In this document: positions 19,796-32,110 of the stretch, one piece after another
How the letters are laid out: each line of letters starts with the position of its first letter
Position numbering within the stretch: the first letter of the stretch is position 1
DNA from: an uncultured Candidatus Binatia bacterium
GTDB lineage: Bacteria > Desulfobacterota > Binatia > UBA9968 > JAJDTQ01
Assembly (NCBI GenBank): GCA_965213675.1
Contig: OZ243916.1
Span: forward strand, 2,592,001-2,656,000
Length of the DNA: 64,000 bases
Reading direction: 5' to 3'
Program-made: the position numbers and the translations under genes
The notes under the pieces: model-generated
Databases searched by the model: none
What the model was told of the DNA's origin: nothing
Seen by the model: only the letters and a program-made list of their open reading frames with translations

Positions 19796-21516
19796 CAGAC
19801 ACCGCCTTCAAGCCCTTGGATCTTCTCACGGATGCGCTCCAACTGTTCGTCCTCCGTCGAGGCTTCCAGCGCGTCGCGGTAGCTTCGCAGCGCCTTCTCC
19901 GTCTCCCCGACCTTGACATAGGCGTCGCCCAGGTGCTCGATGATCACCGGGTCGTCCACCACCAGACTCACCGCTCGTTCGAGTTGCTCGACGGCCCTCG
20001 GGTAGTCCCCCTTCTGAAAGTACACCCACCCCAGGCTGTCGATGTAGTATCCGTCGTCGGGTTTGAGCTCCAACGCCCGGACAATCAGTTCCTCCGCGCG
20101 GTCGAGTTCCACCCCCAGATCGGCGTAAGTGTAGCCCAGGTAGTTCAACGCGGCCGCGTTGTCCGGGTTCAACTCGATGGCCTTCTGCATGTATTCGATG
20201 GTCTTGTCCTTGTCCTTGCTCTCGTCGAACAGCGCCCCCAATGCGAAGTGGACGCGGTCACTCTCCGGGTCCAGTTCCACGACCCGGCGCATGGCTTCGA
20301 TGGCCTTGGGATAGTCCTTGGCTTCGCGGTAGATCTCCGCCAGAAAACGGAACAGCTCCTTGCGCTGTCCGTCGTCTTCGTCCAAGGCCTCCTGGATGGC
20401 GGCCGCCGCCTCCGTGTACCGCTCCTGCTCCTGGTGGACCGACGCGAGCTGGACCCGCGCATCCACGAAGTACTCGCTCTCCCGGGGAATGCTTCGGAAC
20501 TGCGCCGCGGCGCCTTCCCGATCTTCCAGCCGGGCCAGCGTCAGGCCCAGGAAGAACCGGATACGTTGGTCATCCGGCCGTGCGGCCAAGGCGAGCCTGA
20601 ACTGGGTGACCGCGGCCTCCAGGCTGCCCAACTCGTAGTAGACGAGCCCCACCTTCATCCGCGCCGCGCCGGGCGAGGCCTCCTGATCCCCGAGACGGTC
20701 GAACTCGGCCCATGCATCCGCGAGGTCCCCGCCTCCCGCGCGCAGGGTTTCGATGCGTCGGCCCGCCCACTCGTTCCTTGAATCGGCCTTCAGGAGCTTC
20801 TCGTACGTCTCGAGAGCCTCGTCGCGGCCACCGCGAAATTCCTGCACCAGCGCCAGTTCCGCCAGCAACGGGGCCGAGGAAGGATGCAGCTTGAGGGCTG
20901 CGGCGTAGCTCTCCTCCGCGCGCGACAACTCACGGGAGCGCGCCAGTATACGGCCGAGATAGTAGTACCCCAGGGGCGAGGAGGGATTGCGCTCCCGGTA
21001 GCGCTCCACGCGCGCCCGGGCCTGCTCGTAGTCGCCCTCCGCCAGATAGGTAGCGCCCAGGTAGAGGAGCGACTCCGAATCCTCGGGCTCCAGCTCCAGC
21101 AGTTGCCGGTATTCCCGGATCGCTTCTTCCGCCCGGCCGGTGGCGCCGTAAAGCCCGGCCAGCAGGCGGCGGGTTTGAGGATCTTCATCATTCAGCCGCA
21201 CCGCGTCTTCCGCCTCGCGCAGGGCGTCATCGAGTTCGCCGAGGACGAGATGCGACCGGGCCAGACGCGCGCGCACGAAGGCGCTGTCGGGGTCGTGTTC
21301 CCGCACGGCCTCGTAGTCCTCGTGCGCCGCCCGGAAGTCGCCCTCGATCACGTTCATGCGCGCGCGCATGTAGCGGTACATGGCGCGTGCTTCCGCCGGC
21401 ACGGCGACCTTGTCGTCGTTGGCGAAGGGTCCGGCCGGTCTTCGCGCGGCGTCCTCCACGGGAACGCAGGCCGTGACCCACAGGAGGAACAGGATTCCCC
21501 AGCCGAGTTGCCACAT
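19795..21516 (-). CDS. Tetratricopeptide-repeat lipoprotein
   Basis: Likely start MWQLGWGILFLLWVTAC (lipobox); many TPRs; NAAALNYLGYTYAD and YYIDSLGWVYF. Confidence 0.85.
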   Translation of the reverse strand: MWQLGWGILFLLWVTACVPVEDAARRPAGPFANDDKVAVPAEARAMYRYMRARMNVIEGDFRAAHEDYEAVREHDPDSAFVRARLARSHLVLGELDDALREAEDAVRLNDEDPQTRRLLAGLYGATGRAEEAIREYRQLLELEPEDSESLLYLGATYLAEGDYEQARARVERYRERNPSSPLGYYYLGRILARSRELSRAEESYAAALKLHPSSAPLLAELALVQEFRGGRDEALETYEKLLKADSRNEWAGRRIETLRAGGGDLADAWAEFDRLGDQEASPGAARMKVGLVYYELGSLEAAVTQFRLALAARPDDQRIRFFLGLTLARLEDREGAAAQFRSIPRESEYFVDARVQLASVHQEQERYTEAAAAIQEALDEDDGQRKELFRFLAEIYREAKDYPKAIEAMRRVVELDPESDRVHFALGALFDESKDKDKTIEYMQKAIELNPDNAAALNYLGYTYADLGVELDRAEELIVRALELKPDDGYYIDSLGWVYFQKGDYPRAVEQLERAVSLVVDDPVIIEHLGDAYVKVGETEKALRSYRDALEASTEDEQLERIREKIQGLEGGV

Positions 21517-21696
21517 GGTATTTCTTGAGAATGGATACTCGCCGGTGCGCGTGGGAGCGAGTCCGTGACGAGAAACGCCAGCCGTGTCACAGTGCCATTT
21601 GCGACCTGCCCACCGGCCGAGGCGGTCCCCCTGGAACCTGGCGCAAGGAGGCTGTCGGATCGGGTTCGGCGTCATTCGGCTTGACTCCGCGAAGCA

Positions 21697-21730
21697 CGTC
21701 CCGAGCCTGTCGAAAGGCACGGGACGAACG
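21697..21730. repeat. REP-like palindromic element (CGTCCCGAGCCTGTCGAA type)
   Basis: cgtcccg..agcctgtcgaaagg..cgggacgaacg imperfect hairpin in the divergent intergenic region. Confidence 0.5.
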
Positions 21731-21836
21731 TGAGGCGTATCGGCGGAATGGCGGAATGGTAAACTTGACACCGTTCGTCCCGAGGGTAGCGATGCGAAGT
21801 TGAAGGACGCCTTTCAGCTAATCACAGGCGGCGTGA

Positions 21837-23978
<2,142 letters not shown>

Positions 23979-23982
23979 GTAG

Positions 23983-24810
23983 ATGCTTTACGTTGTCGCG
24001 ACGCCGATCGGGAATCTTGAGGATATTACCCTGCGGGCGTTGCGGGTGTTGCGGGAGGTTGACTTGATCGCGGCGGAGGATACGCGGCATACGCGCAAGC
24101 TGCTGAGCCGTTATGAGATCGGGACGCCGGTCACCAGCTACCACGAGAGGAATGAAAGGGCCAAGGCGGGGGCGCTGACGCGGCGGTTGGAGGCGGGAGA
24201 GAACATTGCCTTGGTGTCGGACGCGGGTACGCCTACCATTTCGGATCCGGGCTATCACTTGATACGGGCGGCGGCGGAAATGGGGGCGGGGGTGACGCCG
24301 GTGCCGGGGGTGTCGGCGGCCACGGCGGCGTTGAGCGTGTGCGGATTGGCGACGGACCGGTTCGTGTTCCAGGGGTTCCTGCCGGCTCGTCAGGGGCGAA
24401 GGCGGGAGCTGTTACGGGAGCTTGGGGACGACGACCGTACCTTGGTGCTCTATGAGGCGCCGCACCGGATACGGGAGGCGTTGCGCGACATGCACGATGT
24501 CTTGGGCGATCGGGCGGCGATGGTGGGCCGGGAACTCACCAAGGTGCACGAGGAGCTGTTGCGGGGGACGCTGTCGGAGCTGGCGGAGAGGTTCGATGAT
24601 GTGGATGTGAAGGGGGAGTTCGTCGTGGTGGTCGCGGGACGGAGTGAGCGGCCGCCGGTGAGCGAGGAGGTGTTGCGGGCGGAGATCGGCAGGCTGCTGG
24701 AAGCGGGAGGCACGGTCAACGACGTGGCGAAGCTCGTCGCCCGGACTTTCTCGCTGGCCAAACGCGACGTTTACAAGCGGGTATTGGAGGTCGCCAAGCG
24801 GCTCCCTTAG
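23983..24810 (+). CDS. rsmI: 16S rRNA (cytidine1402-2'-O)-methyltransferase
   Basis: LYVVATPIGNLEDITLRA, AEDTR, SDAGTPTISDPG, GRELTKVHEE. Confidence 0.96.
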   Translation: MLYVVATPIGNLEDITLRALRVLREVDLIAAEDTRHTRKLLSRYEIGTPVTSYHERNERAKAGALTRRLEAGENIALVSDAGTPTISDPGYHLIRAAAEMGAGVTPVPGVSAATAALSVCGLATDRFVFQGFLPARQGRRRELLRELGDDDRTLVLYEAPHRIREALRDMHDVLGDRAAMVGRELTKVHEELLRGTLSELAERFDDVDVKGEFVVVVAGRSERPPVSEEVLRAEIGRLLEAGGTVNDVAKLVARTFSLAKRDVYKRVLEVAKRLP

Positions 24811-24878
24811 TAGTACTTCGTGGCCAGGTCCACCCCTCCCCAACTCACCGCACAACTGTTCAGGGTTGCGCAGCCAGA

Positions 24879-25610
24879 TCAGGTCGTCGCACGCGGAAAC
24901 AGCGGTCGCCACCTTCGATCGCCCATCCCCGCCCCGTACAGTATCGGCAGGGAGTTATTCGGACAGTTGCGCCAGAATGTCAACAACAGCCCTTGACCGC
25001 CAAAGCCAAGCGGATCGCGCTTCTGAACCCTGGCCCCCAAGTCACCCACCAGCGTCTTCGCAACCATCTGTTCCTCCTCCGTTTCCCAAATCCCAACGCC
25101 CTCGCCGAACGCGAAGTGCTCCGCGTCAATACGTTCACCGACCCAGAGGTCCCATTTCTCTAGAAGCCTTCCCACCTCCCGCCGAACCAGTTCCGACAGT
25201 TTACCCATCTTCTCTACCAGCGTCCCCCCCGTCCCAATCATATCATCCACGATCACCAGCCCCATCTTCGCCCCGCGCTTCGCCCCCTCAAGCCGCTCAC
25301 GAAGTTCAGACGGCGCCACAATGTTGTCTCCAACGATTCCATTCGTCACCCCGTACAGCGCCGCTAGAGCGGCCCCACTCTTCCCCAATCCATCCACATA
25401 AGACACCAAGACATCGTCACGTTGTTGTCCGCGTCGTGTCTGAACGACCACCGGCAACTGTCCCCTCATCCACCGGTGGGCATGCCCTAGTCGTTCGCGC
25501 GCCTCCCCTTCATCCACAAAGCGGAGCCTCTGTAGCAACTTGAACAAGAATCGTTGTTCAACATTCGAGTCGACTTGTTCCAGCCAACCCCGTACCTTGA
25601 TGAATTCCCG
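24879..25610 (-). pseudogene. Remnant of a PRTase-like (PRTase-CE type) domain, probably the C-terminus of a larger lost protein
   Basis: LVIVDDMIGTGGT PRPP-loop; PLGFGGQGLLLTF..NCPNNSLPIL..WRPLFPR; no convincing start or RBS; atypical composition. Confidence 0.55.
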
Positions 25611-25680
25611 CTCGCCGGGTTGGGGGCGCGCAGGTTTCGTGCATCTTGACCGAGACACTAACGGAAACACCCGAACGTGT

Positions 25681-26910
25681 TCAATAATACTGGATGCCCA
25701 CATCCACCTCTCCCCAACTCTCCGCTTCCATCATCATCGCCCAGCGGGCGTAGAATCGGCGCAGGCGCTTGCCGCCGCCGAAGGCGCCGGACTTTTCCTC
25801 GTGGCCGAGGTGGGCCTGGATGTTCTGGGGGTAGCGGCCGGCGATGACGCCGCGGGCGGTGCCGGTGCACTGCTCCCAGTTGTTCATGTCGTCCTGCTCG
25901 AGGTTGCCGCTGGGGCCGAAGGTCTGGGTGAGGTGGCGGCGCATGGCGGTCTTGATCTCGGCGGGGGCTTCCTTGTCGACCACGCAGTAGGACCAGATCT
26001 CGGTCTTCTCGGGGCCGCGGGGGTGCCACACGCGGATCATGTGGCGGATGAAGTTGGGGGAGACGTTGGGGAAGACGGTTGTGACGAGGCCGGCCTGGCG
26101 GGCGAGATCGGGGCCGATGCGCTGCACGGCTTCGTCGAAGTGCTCGAGGAGGTAGTCGCGGATGATGCCGCCGGCGACCCGCGTGAAGCCGATGTCGTCG
26201 GAATAGGGGCGGGGCTCCTCGTTGGTGCGGGGGTAGGACAGGTCGTCCACGGGCACCTCGCGCACGGACACGTGGGTGACGGTGTGGTGGCCGTCGTCGC
26301 CGAAGAAGTTGTCGGCGGCGTACTTCCAGTTGGCGTTCATCACCCACTTGTGCACGCCGCCGATGATCTCGGTGCCCCCGGCGCGCCGGTCGAACATGAC
26401 GCCCAGCTCCTGCTCTTGGCCGCCGAGGTAGTCCAGCAAGGGCGGCGCCTTGGGATCGAAGGTGGCGAAGATGAGGCCCCTGGAGACGTCGAGTTGAGCG
26501 ACTTCCACGAGCCCCCACCGCGTCATGTCCAGCTCGTTGCTGTAGATCTCCTTCATGCCAGGTACGCCGATGAGCTTGCCGTCGTTGCCGTAGCACCAGC
26601 CGTGGTAGGTGCACATGAAGGACGTGGCGTTGCCCTGGTCGGCGCGGCACACGCGGTTGCCGCGGTGGCGGCACATGTTGAGGAACGCCCGGACGGTGCC
26701 GTCCGCGCCGCGGCAGAGCAGCACGGGGTCCTCGCCCATGTAGGTGGCGAGGAAGTCGTTGGGGTTGGGGATCTGGCTCTCGTGGCCCAGGAACAGCCAG
26801 CAGCGCGCGAAGATGCGTTCCAGCTCCTGCTGGTAGATGTCCCTGGAGACGAAGATGCGGCGGTCCAGCAGCCCTTGTCGGGTGTCCACGAGATCGTTCA
26901 TCGGGTTCAT
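25681..26910 (-). CDS. Aromatic ring-hydroxylating dioxygenase alpha subunit (copy 2)
   Basis: Rieske CRHRG...CTYHGW; mononuclear Fe ligands DGHHTVTH and EQDD; NWKYAADNF. Confidence 0.93.
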   Translation of the reverse strand: MNPMNDLVDTRQGLLDRRIFVSRDIYQQELERIFARCWLFLGHESQIPNPNDFLATYMGEDPVLLCRGADGTVRAFLNMCRHRGNRVCRADQGNATSFMCTYHGWCYGNDGKLIGVPGMKEIYSNELDMTRWGLVEVAQLDVSRGLIFATFDPKAPPLLDYLGGQEQELGVMFDRRAGGTEIIGGVHKWVMNANWKYAADNFFGDDGHHTVTHVSVREVPVDDLSYPRTNEEPRPYSDDIGFTRVAGGIIRDYLLEHFDEAVQRIGPDLARQAGLVTTVFPNVSPNFIRHMIRVWHPRGPEKTEIWSYCVVDKEAPAEIKTAMRRHLTQTFGPSGNLEQDDMNNWEQCTGTARGVIAGRYPQNIQAHLGHEEKSGAFGGGKRLRRFYARWAMMMEAESWGEVDVGIQYY

Positions 26911-26920
26911 CCCACGCTCC

Positions 26921-27433
26921 CTAAAAGAAGATGCTCAGGTTCGGCGACTGAAGCACGGCCTGGTCGAGCACGATGGTGCGACGGGCTATCTTCCACGCTC
27001 CGCCGACCTTGCGCAGCATGTCGTCGCGCTCGCCCACGAACACGTCCTGACTGTGTTCGAGCTGGGTTCGGTACACCATGAAATACGAACGAACGCGGAG
27101 CTCGGATTCGGAGGCGCCGGGTTCCACCTGCACGTTGGTGACGAGGTGACGGGTGCGCGACGGCGGCACTTCCGACCAAGCCATGCCGGTGGCGAGACGG
27201 GCCACGCGGGTGCGCAAGGTCTCCTTGGATTCCTCGAAGAGCGCCAGTTCGCCGGGCTTGGAGACGGTGTCCGCGGGATCGTCGCTCTCCCATGGGTTGA
27301 TCCGTTCCGGCATCCAGTAGACGACATCGTCGGTGAAGAGTTCCAGCCATGGCTCGAACGCGCGATCGTCCAGCAGGCGCGCCTCGCGCACGAGGAACTC
27401 GTGGATCTCATGCCAAAGATCGTGATCGGTCAC
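26921..27433 (-). CDS. Aromatic ring-hydroxylating dioxygenase beta subunit
   Basis: [46 protein letters not shown]. Confidence 0.93.
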   Translation of the reverse strand: MTDHDLWHEIHEFLVREARLLDDRAFEPWLELFTDDVVYWMPERINPWESDDPADTVSKPGELALFEESKETLRTRVARLATGMAWSEVPPSRTRHLVTNVQVEPGASESELRVRSYFMVYRTQLEHSQDVFVGERDDMLRKVGGAWKIARRTIVLDQAVLQSPNLSIFF

Positions 27434-27482
27434 GTTGCCTCCGCTTGTCAGGGTGCGCTTTCCGGGGTTGCTGGCGCGATCG

Positions 27483-28709
27483 TTACCAGTAGCGGGTCTC
27501 CAGATCGACGTCCGCCCAGCCGCCAGCCTGCATCATCATTTCCCAGCGACTGTAGAACGCGCGCAGGCGCCGGCCACCGCCGATGGGCGGACAGCGATCC
27601 TCGTGTCCGAGGTGGGCCTGGATGTTCTGCGGATAGCGCCGGGCCACCACGCCGCGGGCGGTGTCGGTGCACTGGATCCAGTTGTTCATGTCGTCCTGTT
27701 CCAGGTTCCCGGAGGGGCCGAAGGTCTGGGTGAGATGCAGGCGCATGGCGGTCTTCACCTCGTCGGGGGCGTCCTTGTCCACCACGCAGTAAGACCAGAT
27801 TTCGGTCTTGTCCGGCCCCTTGGGGTGCCACACCCGGATCAGGTGGCGGCTGAAGTTGGGCGAGAGGTTGGGAAAGACCGTGGTGACCAGCCCGGGCCGT
27901 TCCGCCATCTCGGGGCCGACGCGCCGCACCAGTTCGTCGAAGTGATTCTCGTGGTAGTCGCGGATGATGCCCTCGGCGACCCGCGAGAGGGCGCGGTCCG
28001 TGTCGGGGCGCGCGTCGTCGTTGCTCTGCGGGTAGTAGCGTTGATCCACCGGCACCTGGCGCACCGAGGCGTGGGTAACGGTGTGGTGGCCGTCGTCGCC
28101 GAAGAAGTTGTCCGCGGCGTACTTCCAGTTGGCGTTCATGACCCACTTGTGCACGCCGCCGATCACCTCGGTGCCGCTGGCGCGGCGGTCGAACATGAAG
28201 TCGAGCTCCTGGTCCTGGCCGCCGAGATACTCCAGCAGTGGCGGCGCTTCGGGGTCGAAGGTGGCAAAGACGAGTCCCTTGTAGACATCGAGTTGGGCGA
28301 CCTCCACGAGGCCCCATCGGGACGTGTCCAGCTCGTTGCTGTAAATCTCCTTCATCCCCGGCACGCCGATGAGCTTGCCGTCGTTGCCGTAACACCAGCC
28401 GTGATAGGTGCACATGAAGGAAGTGGCGTTGCCCCGATCAGCGCGGCACACCCGGTTGCCCCGGTGACGGCACATGTTGAGAAATGCGCGGACGATCCCG
28501 TCTCCGCCCCGGCACAGCAGCACCGGATCCTCGCCCATGTAGGTAGCGAGGAAATCGTTGGGGTTGGGGATCTGGGTCTCATGGCCCAGGAACAGCCAGC
28601 AGCGCGCGAAGATCCTCTCCAGCTCCTGCTCGTAGATGTCCCGGGAGAAGAAGACATGGCGATCCAGCAGGCCTTGGCGGGTGTCCACGAATTCGTTCAT
28701 GCGGTTCAT
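27483..28709 (-). CDS. Aromatic ring-hydroxylating dioxygenase alpha subunit (copy 1)
   Basis: Same motifs as copy 2; ATG 28709 after gaagga RBS aligns with the start of copy 2. Confidence 0.93.
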   Translation of the reverse strand: MNRMNEFVDTRQGLLDRHVFFSRDIYEQELERIFARCWLFLGHETQIPNPNDFLATYMGEDPVLLCRGGDGIVRAFLNMCRHRGNRVCRADRGNATSFMCTYHGWCYGNDGKLIGVPGMKEIYSNELDTSRWGLVEVAQLDVYKGLVFATFDPEAPPLLEYLGGQDQELDFMFDRRASGTEVIGGVHKWVMNANWKYAADNFFGDDGHHTVTHASVRQVPVDQRYYPQSNDDARPDTDRALSRVAEGIIRDYHENHFDELVRRVGPEMAERPGLVTTVFPNLSPNFSRHLIRVWHPKGPDKTEIWSYCVVDKDAPDEVKTAMRLHLTQTFGPSGNLEQDDMNNWIQCTDTARGVVARRYPQNIQAHLGHEDRCPPIGGGRRLRAFYSRWEMMMQAGGWADVDLETRYW

Positions 28710-28845
28710 TCCTTCGGCTTGTATGGCGATAACATTCTCGGTCCATCGAAGACGAGTCCACGTTTTCCACACCAAGCGGGTTCGGGTCAAATGGTTTCAA
28801 GCCCCAGATGTTTCTTGATGAGATCGAAGTCTCTGTCCGGTCCGG

Positions 28846-30024
28846 CTAGCGCAGTTCACAGTCCCGCCGTAGACGCCGCAGGCAAGCCAGGTTGTGGTGG
28901 AACACCGCTGCCTGGGCGCGGGCGAAGCCGGCGCGACCGGCCTCTTTCTCACGGCTGCGCTGGTATCGAGCCCAGTCACCCTCGTTGCCGTCGCGCCAGT
29001 AGCCGTCGAGAACCTGTGCGGGCAGCGGCTTGAGTTGCGGGCGGGTATTGTAGCGCGCGCCGGGCGGGCCATCACGGCCGGGCAAGCGGCGGCGTTCGCC
29101 CAGGAAGCCGTGGAAGGCGTAGAAGGCATCGGCGCCCGGCAGGAACTCCAGCTCGTAGTCGACGGTGCGATCCGGGTCGGTGATGTCGTCGGCGGACATC
29201 ACCGGCCGCTCGCCGAACCCCATCATGAATGCCCTGGCTTTGAAGTCCAGGAATCGAACGGCGCGCCGCACGGTGCGCCCGGGCGCGTGCGGGTACAACT
29301 CGTTGGAGCGGATGGCAATGTCGATGTGGTAACGTCCGTCGCTGCCCAACTCCACCGACTCTCCCACCAGGTAGGTGCGCAGGTAGTTGTGCTGCTGCAG
29401 CGTGAGAGCCACGGGACGCTCGGCCGCGTCCAGCACCACAAACGCGGCGGTGTAGTGGTCAAGCTGGTGCCAGTCGTCCAGGTCGGCTACCAGCCGCAAC
29501 GGGAGGGCGAACGCCAGAGGCAGTGCCGCGGGCAGGCCGCTCACCCGGAACACCAGGTGGTAGGTGACCACGGTGAACTCCTCGATGCCCTTTTCGTCTT
29601 CCCCTGGCGCCCACAAGCCCGTGCGCTCCACCGATGCGTAGACCACGGGACGCGGGCGGGCACCGCCGGGCACGTGCGTAAACTCGGCGCGGACATCGTC
29701 GCGGTAGCGGTTCATATCCGCGGGCGTGGGGCCCTCAATGCGGAGGCCGTCGCCGGTCACCAGGTAGCCGTGGGCAATGTAATTTCGGTAGAAGTCGATG
29801 GGCCCCTCGTGGCCGGCAGGCAGGTGGAAGCGCGGCGCGTGACGGCGGGCCAGCGCTTGATCCGCCGGACCCGCGGCGGGCGCGGGCGGATTCGCGGCAA
29901 AGTGCTCGGCGAACCCCGGGTACTGGGAGAAGTTCCGGTCCGCAGCCGAGGCGCCCCCACAGACCGCCAGCAGCAAAATTACCACTACGCAGCCGAACCG
30001 GGCTAAGGCTCGCGCCCGACCCAC
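28846..30024 (-). CDS. Secreted hypothetical protein
   Basis: Long ORF with coding-like bias; signal peptide (RARALARFGCVVVILLLAVCGGASA) if started at GTG 30024; start uncertain. Confidence 0.65.
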   Translation of the reverse strand: MGRARALARFGCVVVILLLAVCGGASAADRNFSQYPGFAEHFAANPPAPAAGPADQALARRHAPRFHLPAGHEGPIDFYRNYIAHGYLVTGDGLRIEGPTPADMNRYRDDVRAEFTHVPGGARPRPVVYASVERTGLWAPGEDEKGIEEFTVVTYHLVFRVSGLPAALPLAFALPLRLVADLDDWHQLDHYTAAFVVLDAAERPVALTLQQHNYLRTYLVGESVELGSDGRYHIDIAIRSNELYPHAPGRTVRRAVRFLDFKARAFMMGFGERPVMSADDITDPDRTVDYELEFLPGADAFYAFHGFLGERRRLPGRDGPPGARYNTRPQLKPLPAQVLDGYWRDGNEGDWARYQRSREKEAGRAGFARAQAAVFHHNLACLRRLRRDCELR

Positions 30025-30163
30025 CGAAAGATAATTGTAGAGGGCTTGCACGCACTTATTCTGATCGGTCGCCCAATTATTTGACATTCCCGAGGCTTCC
30101 TGGTGCAATGACCGGTAGAGGGCGACTCCGGACGGGAAGCACGGCACGTTCGGAGACCACCCG

Positions 30164-30571
30164 ATGAACATGATTGTCACGGAAATTTACGATGCCCTGA
30201 AGGAAGCTGGAGCCACGGAAGCGAAAGCCAGAGCCGCGGCCGGTGCGATTCCCATGGTCGAAAATCTCGCCACTAAACGGGACCTTGCCGAGTTGAAGGC
30301 TGCCACTCAACAGGACATCGCCGAGTTGAAGCAAGCCTTCGCCCAGTTGAAGGCTTCTACTCAACAAGACATCGCCGAGTTGAGGGCTGAATTGAAGGGG
30401 GGCATCGCCGAGTTAAGGGCTGAATTGAAGGGGGACATCGCCGAGTTGAGGGCCGAATTGAAGGGGGACATCGCCGAGTTGAAGCGCGACGTGGCCGTGC
30501 TGAAACTGGCCGTTTTCAGCGGCCTGCCAACCATTGTGGCTCTCCTGGTGAAGCTGGCCTTCTTTCCTTGA
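30164..30571 (+). CDS. DUF1640/CCDC90-like coiled-coil protein with C-terminal membrane anchor
   Basis: EIYDALKEAGA..EAKA, LATKRDL, 11-aa DIAELRAELKG repeats, hydrophobic C-terminus. Confidence 0.75.
   Translation: MNMIVTEIYDALKEAGATEAKARAAAGAIPMVENLATKRDLAELKAATQQDIAELKQAFAQLKASTQQDIAELRAELKGGIAELRAELKGDIAELRAELKGDIAELKRDVAVLKLAVFSGLPTIVALLVKLAFFP
30281..30484 (+). repeat. 33-nt coding tandem repeats
   Basis: gacatcgccgagttgagggctgaattgaagggg-like units at 30368, 30401 and 30434, a partial unit at 30467, and degenerate units upstream. Confidence 0.9.
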
Positions 30572-30637
30572 CATTCTTGCGAGACTGCGCGTCGGGACGC
30601 GTCCCAGGAACTTGGCAACGTGAAGTCGCGGGACGTA

Positions 30638-31564
30638 CTAACCCGACTCCCGGTCCCTCTCTTTCCTTCCGGGCCGTGGGCGCAGTTCCCTGGTGAGGGC
30701 ACCCGCGTCCAGTTTTGCCCGGTGGAGATACGCGGAAAATGGACCGTACCTTGTATCGCTCCCGAAACGCACCGGAACCGGGGGCACTTCATCGAATACC
30801 CGAGCCACGTGGAACTGTACATCGGCGTGGCGGCGATCCGGGCGACCCTTGGTTTTCCTGTCGAATCCCGATTGCTTCTCGAGCCGGAAGCGGCACGTCA
30901 GCGTGGAACCAGCAAAAGGCGCGTGTTGCGTCGCCGCAAGCCGCCCAACTCCGGTTCCTTGCAAATCCCCCACCAGTGCGTACAGACGGCGGCCGGTAAA
31001 GACCGGGATCCGCGCCTTGCACCCATGGCTGGCGTCGAGACGCAAGAGGATCGCGAGCAACGCGGCCGCAGGGTCCAGAGCGCCCTTGAGCTCAGCCGGG
31101 GGCACCGCGAGCGCGTTCTCGCCCTTCCGCCGCGGCTTCATTCGTACAACGCTCGGTGTTCCTCCGTCGAAGCCAAGCTCCACCAACCGATTCCTGCGCC
31201 GTCGCTTGCTGCTATAGCCGGCCCGGACCGGCACGATGTCTCCGGAAACGAGCGCACCGTGCGAATAGGCCGTGGTCTTCAAGCGGGTGAGCGTCTTGAC
31301 CAGGCCGGTGGTCTTCAAGCGGACACGCACAGCATACGCCGACGCATCGAGATCGAACGCGGCGGCATCCGGGTCATAGGAGGCGGCGTCGAACTCGATG
31401 CCGACTTGGAGGTTGGCCGCATGGAAACCTGCGAAGTACGCCCGGTAGGAAAGTTGCAGTCGGCCTTCTCCCGCGTCCGCGGTGGACAGGAGCACGAACC
31501 CCACGAGGACCGCCAGGCACAGGCGGCGGGCGTGTCGCTGCACTGCTGAAAATCCCAAGGCCAT
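30638..31564 (-). CDS. DUF3108-like exported protein
   Basis: Signal peptide; LSYRAYFAGFHAA; GALDPAAA..C...PVFTGRRLY pattern. Confidence 0.65.
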   Translation of the reverse strand: MALGFSAVQRHARRLCLAVLVGFVLLSTADAGEGRLQLSYRAYFAGFHAANLQVGIEFDAASYDPDAAAFDLDASAYAVRVRLKTTGLVKTLTRLKTTAYSHGALVSGDIVPVRAGYSSKRRRRNRLVELGFDGGTPSVVRMKPRRKGENALAVPPAELKGALDPAAALLAILLRLDASHGCKARIPVFTGRRLYALVGDLQGTGVGRLAATQHAPFAGSTLTCRFRLEKQSGFDRKTKGRPDRRHADVQFHVARVFDEVPPVPVRFGSDTRYGPFSAYLHRAKLDAGALTRELRPRPGRKERDRESG

Positions 31565-31867
31565 TATTGACTAAACCAAGGCAGGGCCGCTTGCGCAACC
31601 GAGGCGGCCGCCCTGCGACCCTGGCCCCGCCGACTCCCCATGATCCCCGGACGATCCCACGCTGCCGCTTCGCACGGAAGTCGGTGGTTCGGACGGGGTA
31701 CTTCCGGCGGCGCGGGGCCTCGCGAGGATCGGAACGTGCCCCACCCGGCCCTCGACACACATGTCCGGTCAGCGTGAAATCGCGCTGCCCTGATCCCACG
31801 GCGGGTTGCCTCCGCCCGCCTGTTGGTAATATGCAGGGAGAGGCAAATTCCCCGAGAAGGCATCCCC

Positions 31868-32110
31868 ATGGAAACCCTGTTCAACAGTCCGGACAAGTTC
31901 CAGAGCCGTTTCGTCACCGTCGACGGCTACAAGACCCACTATATCGAGGCCGGGGAGGGAAACCCACAGAAACTTTTGCTGGGGCACGGCCGCGTCATCG
32001 AGGTGAGCATGGGCTGCTACCGAAAAAGGGCTGACCAACACTCGGGAATGCGTGCGCCCCTACGCCAGCGCGTTTTGACGACATGGTTCCTTGGGAAGGA
32101 GTCGGGTTGA
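31868..32110 (+). pseudogene. N-terminal fragment of an alpha/beta hydrolase
   Basis: SRFVTVDGYKTHYIEAGEG..LLLGHG, after which similarity is lost; no nucleophile motif. Confidence 0.65.

Noticed and set aside
21517-21771. N-terminal extension of the TPR protein
   Set aside because: It translates a REP-like element (PFDRLGT) and would bury the lipoprotein signal starting at 21516.
30281-30484. 33-nt repeats as a CRISPR array
   Set aside because: Repeats are contiguous with no unique spacers, in frame within a coiled-coil CDS, and no cas genes are present.
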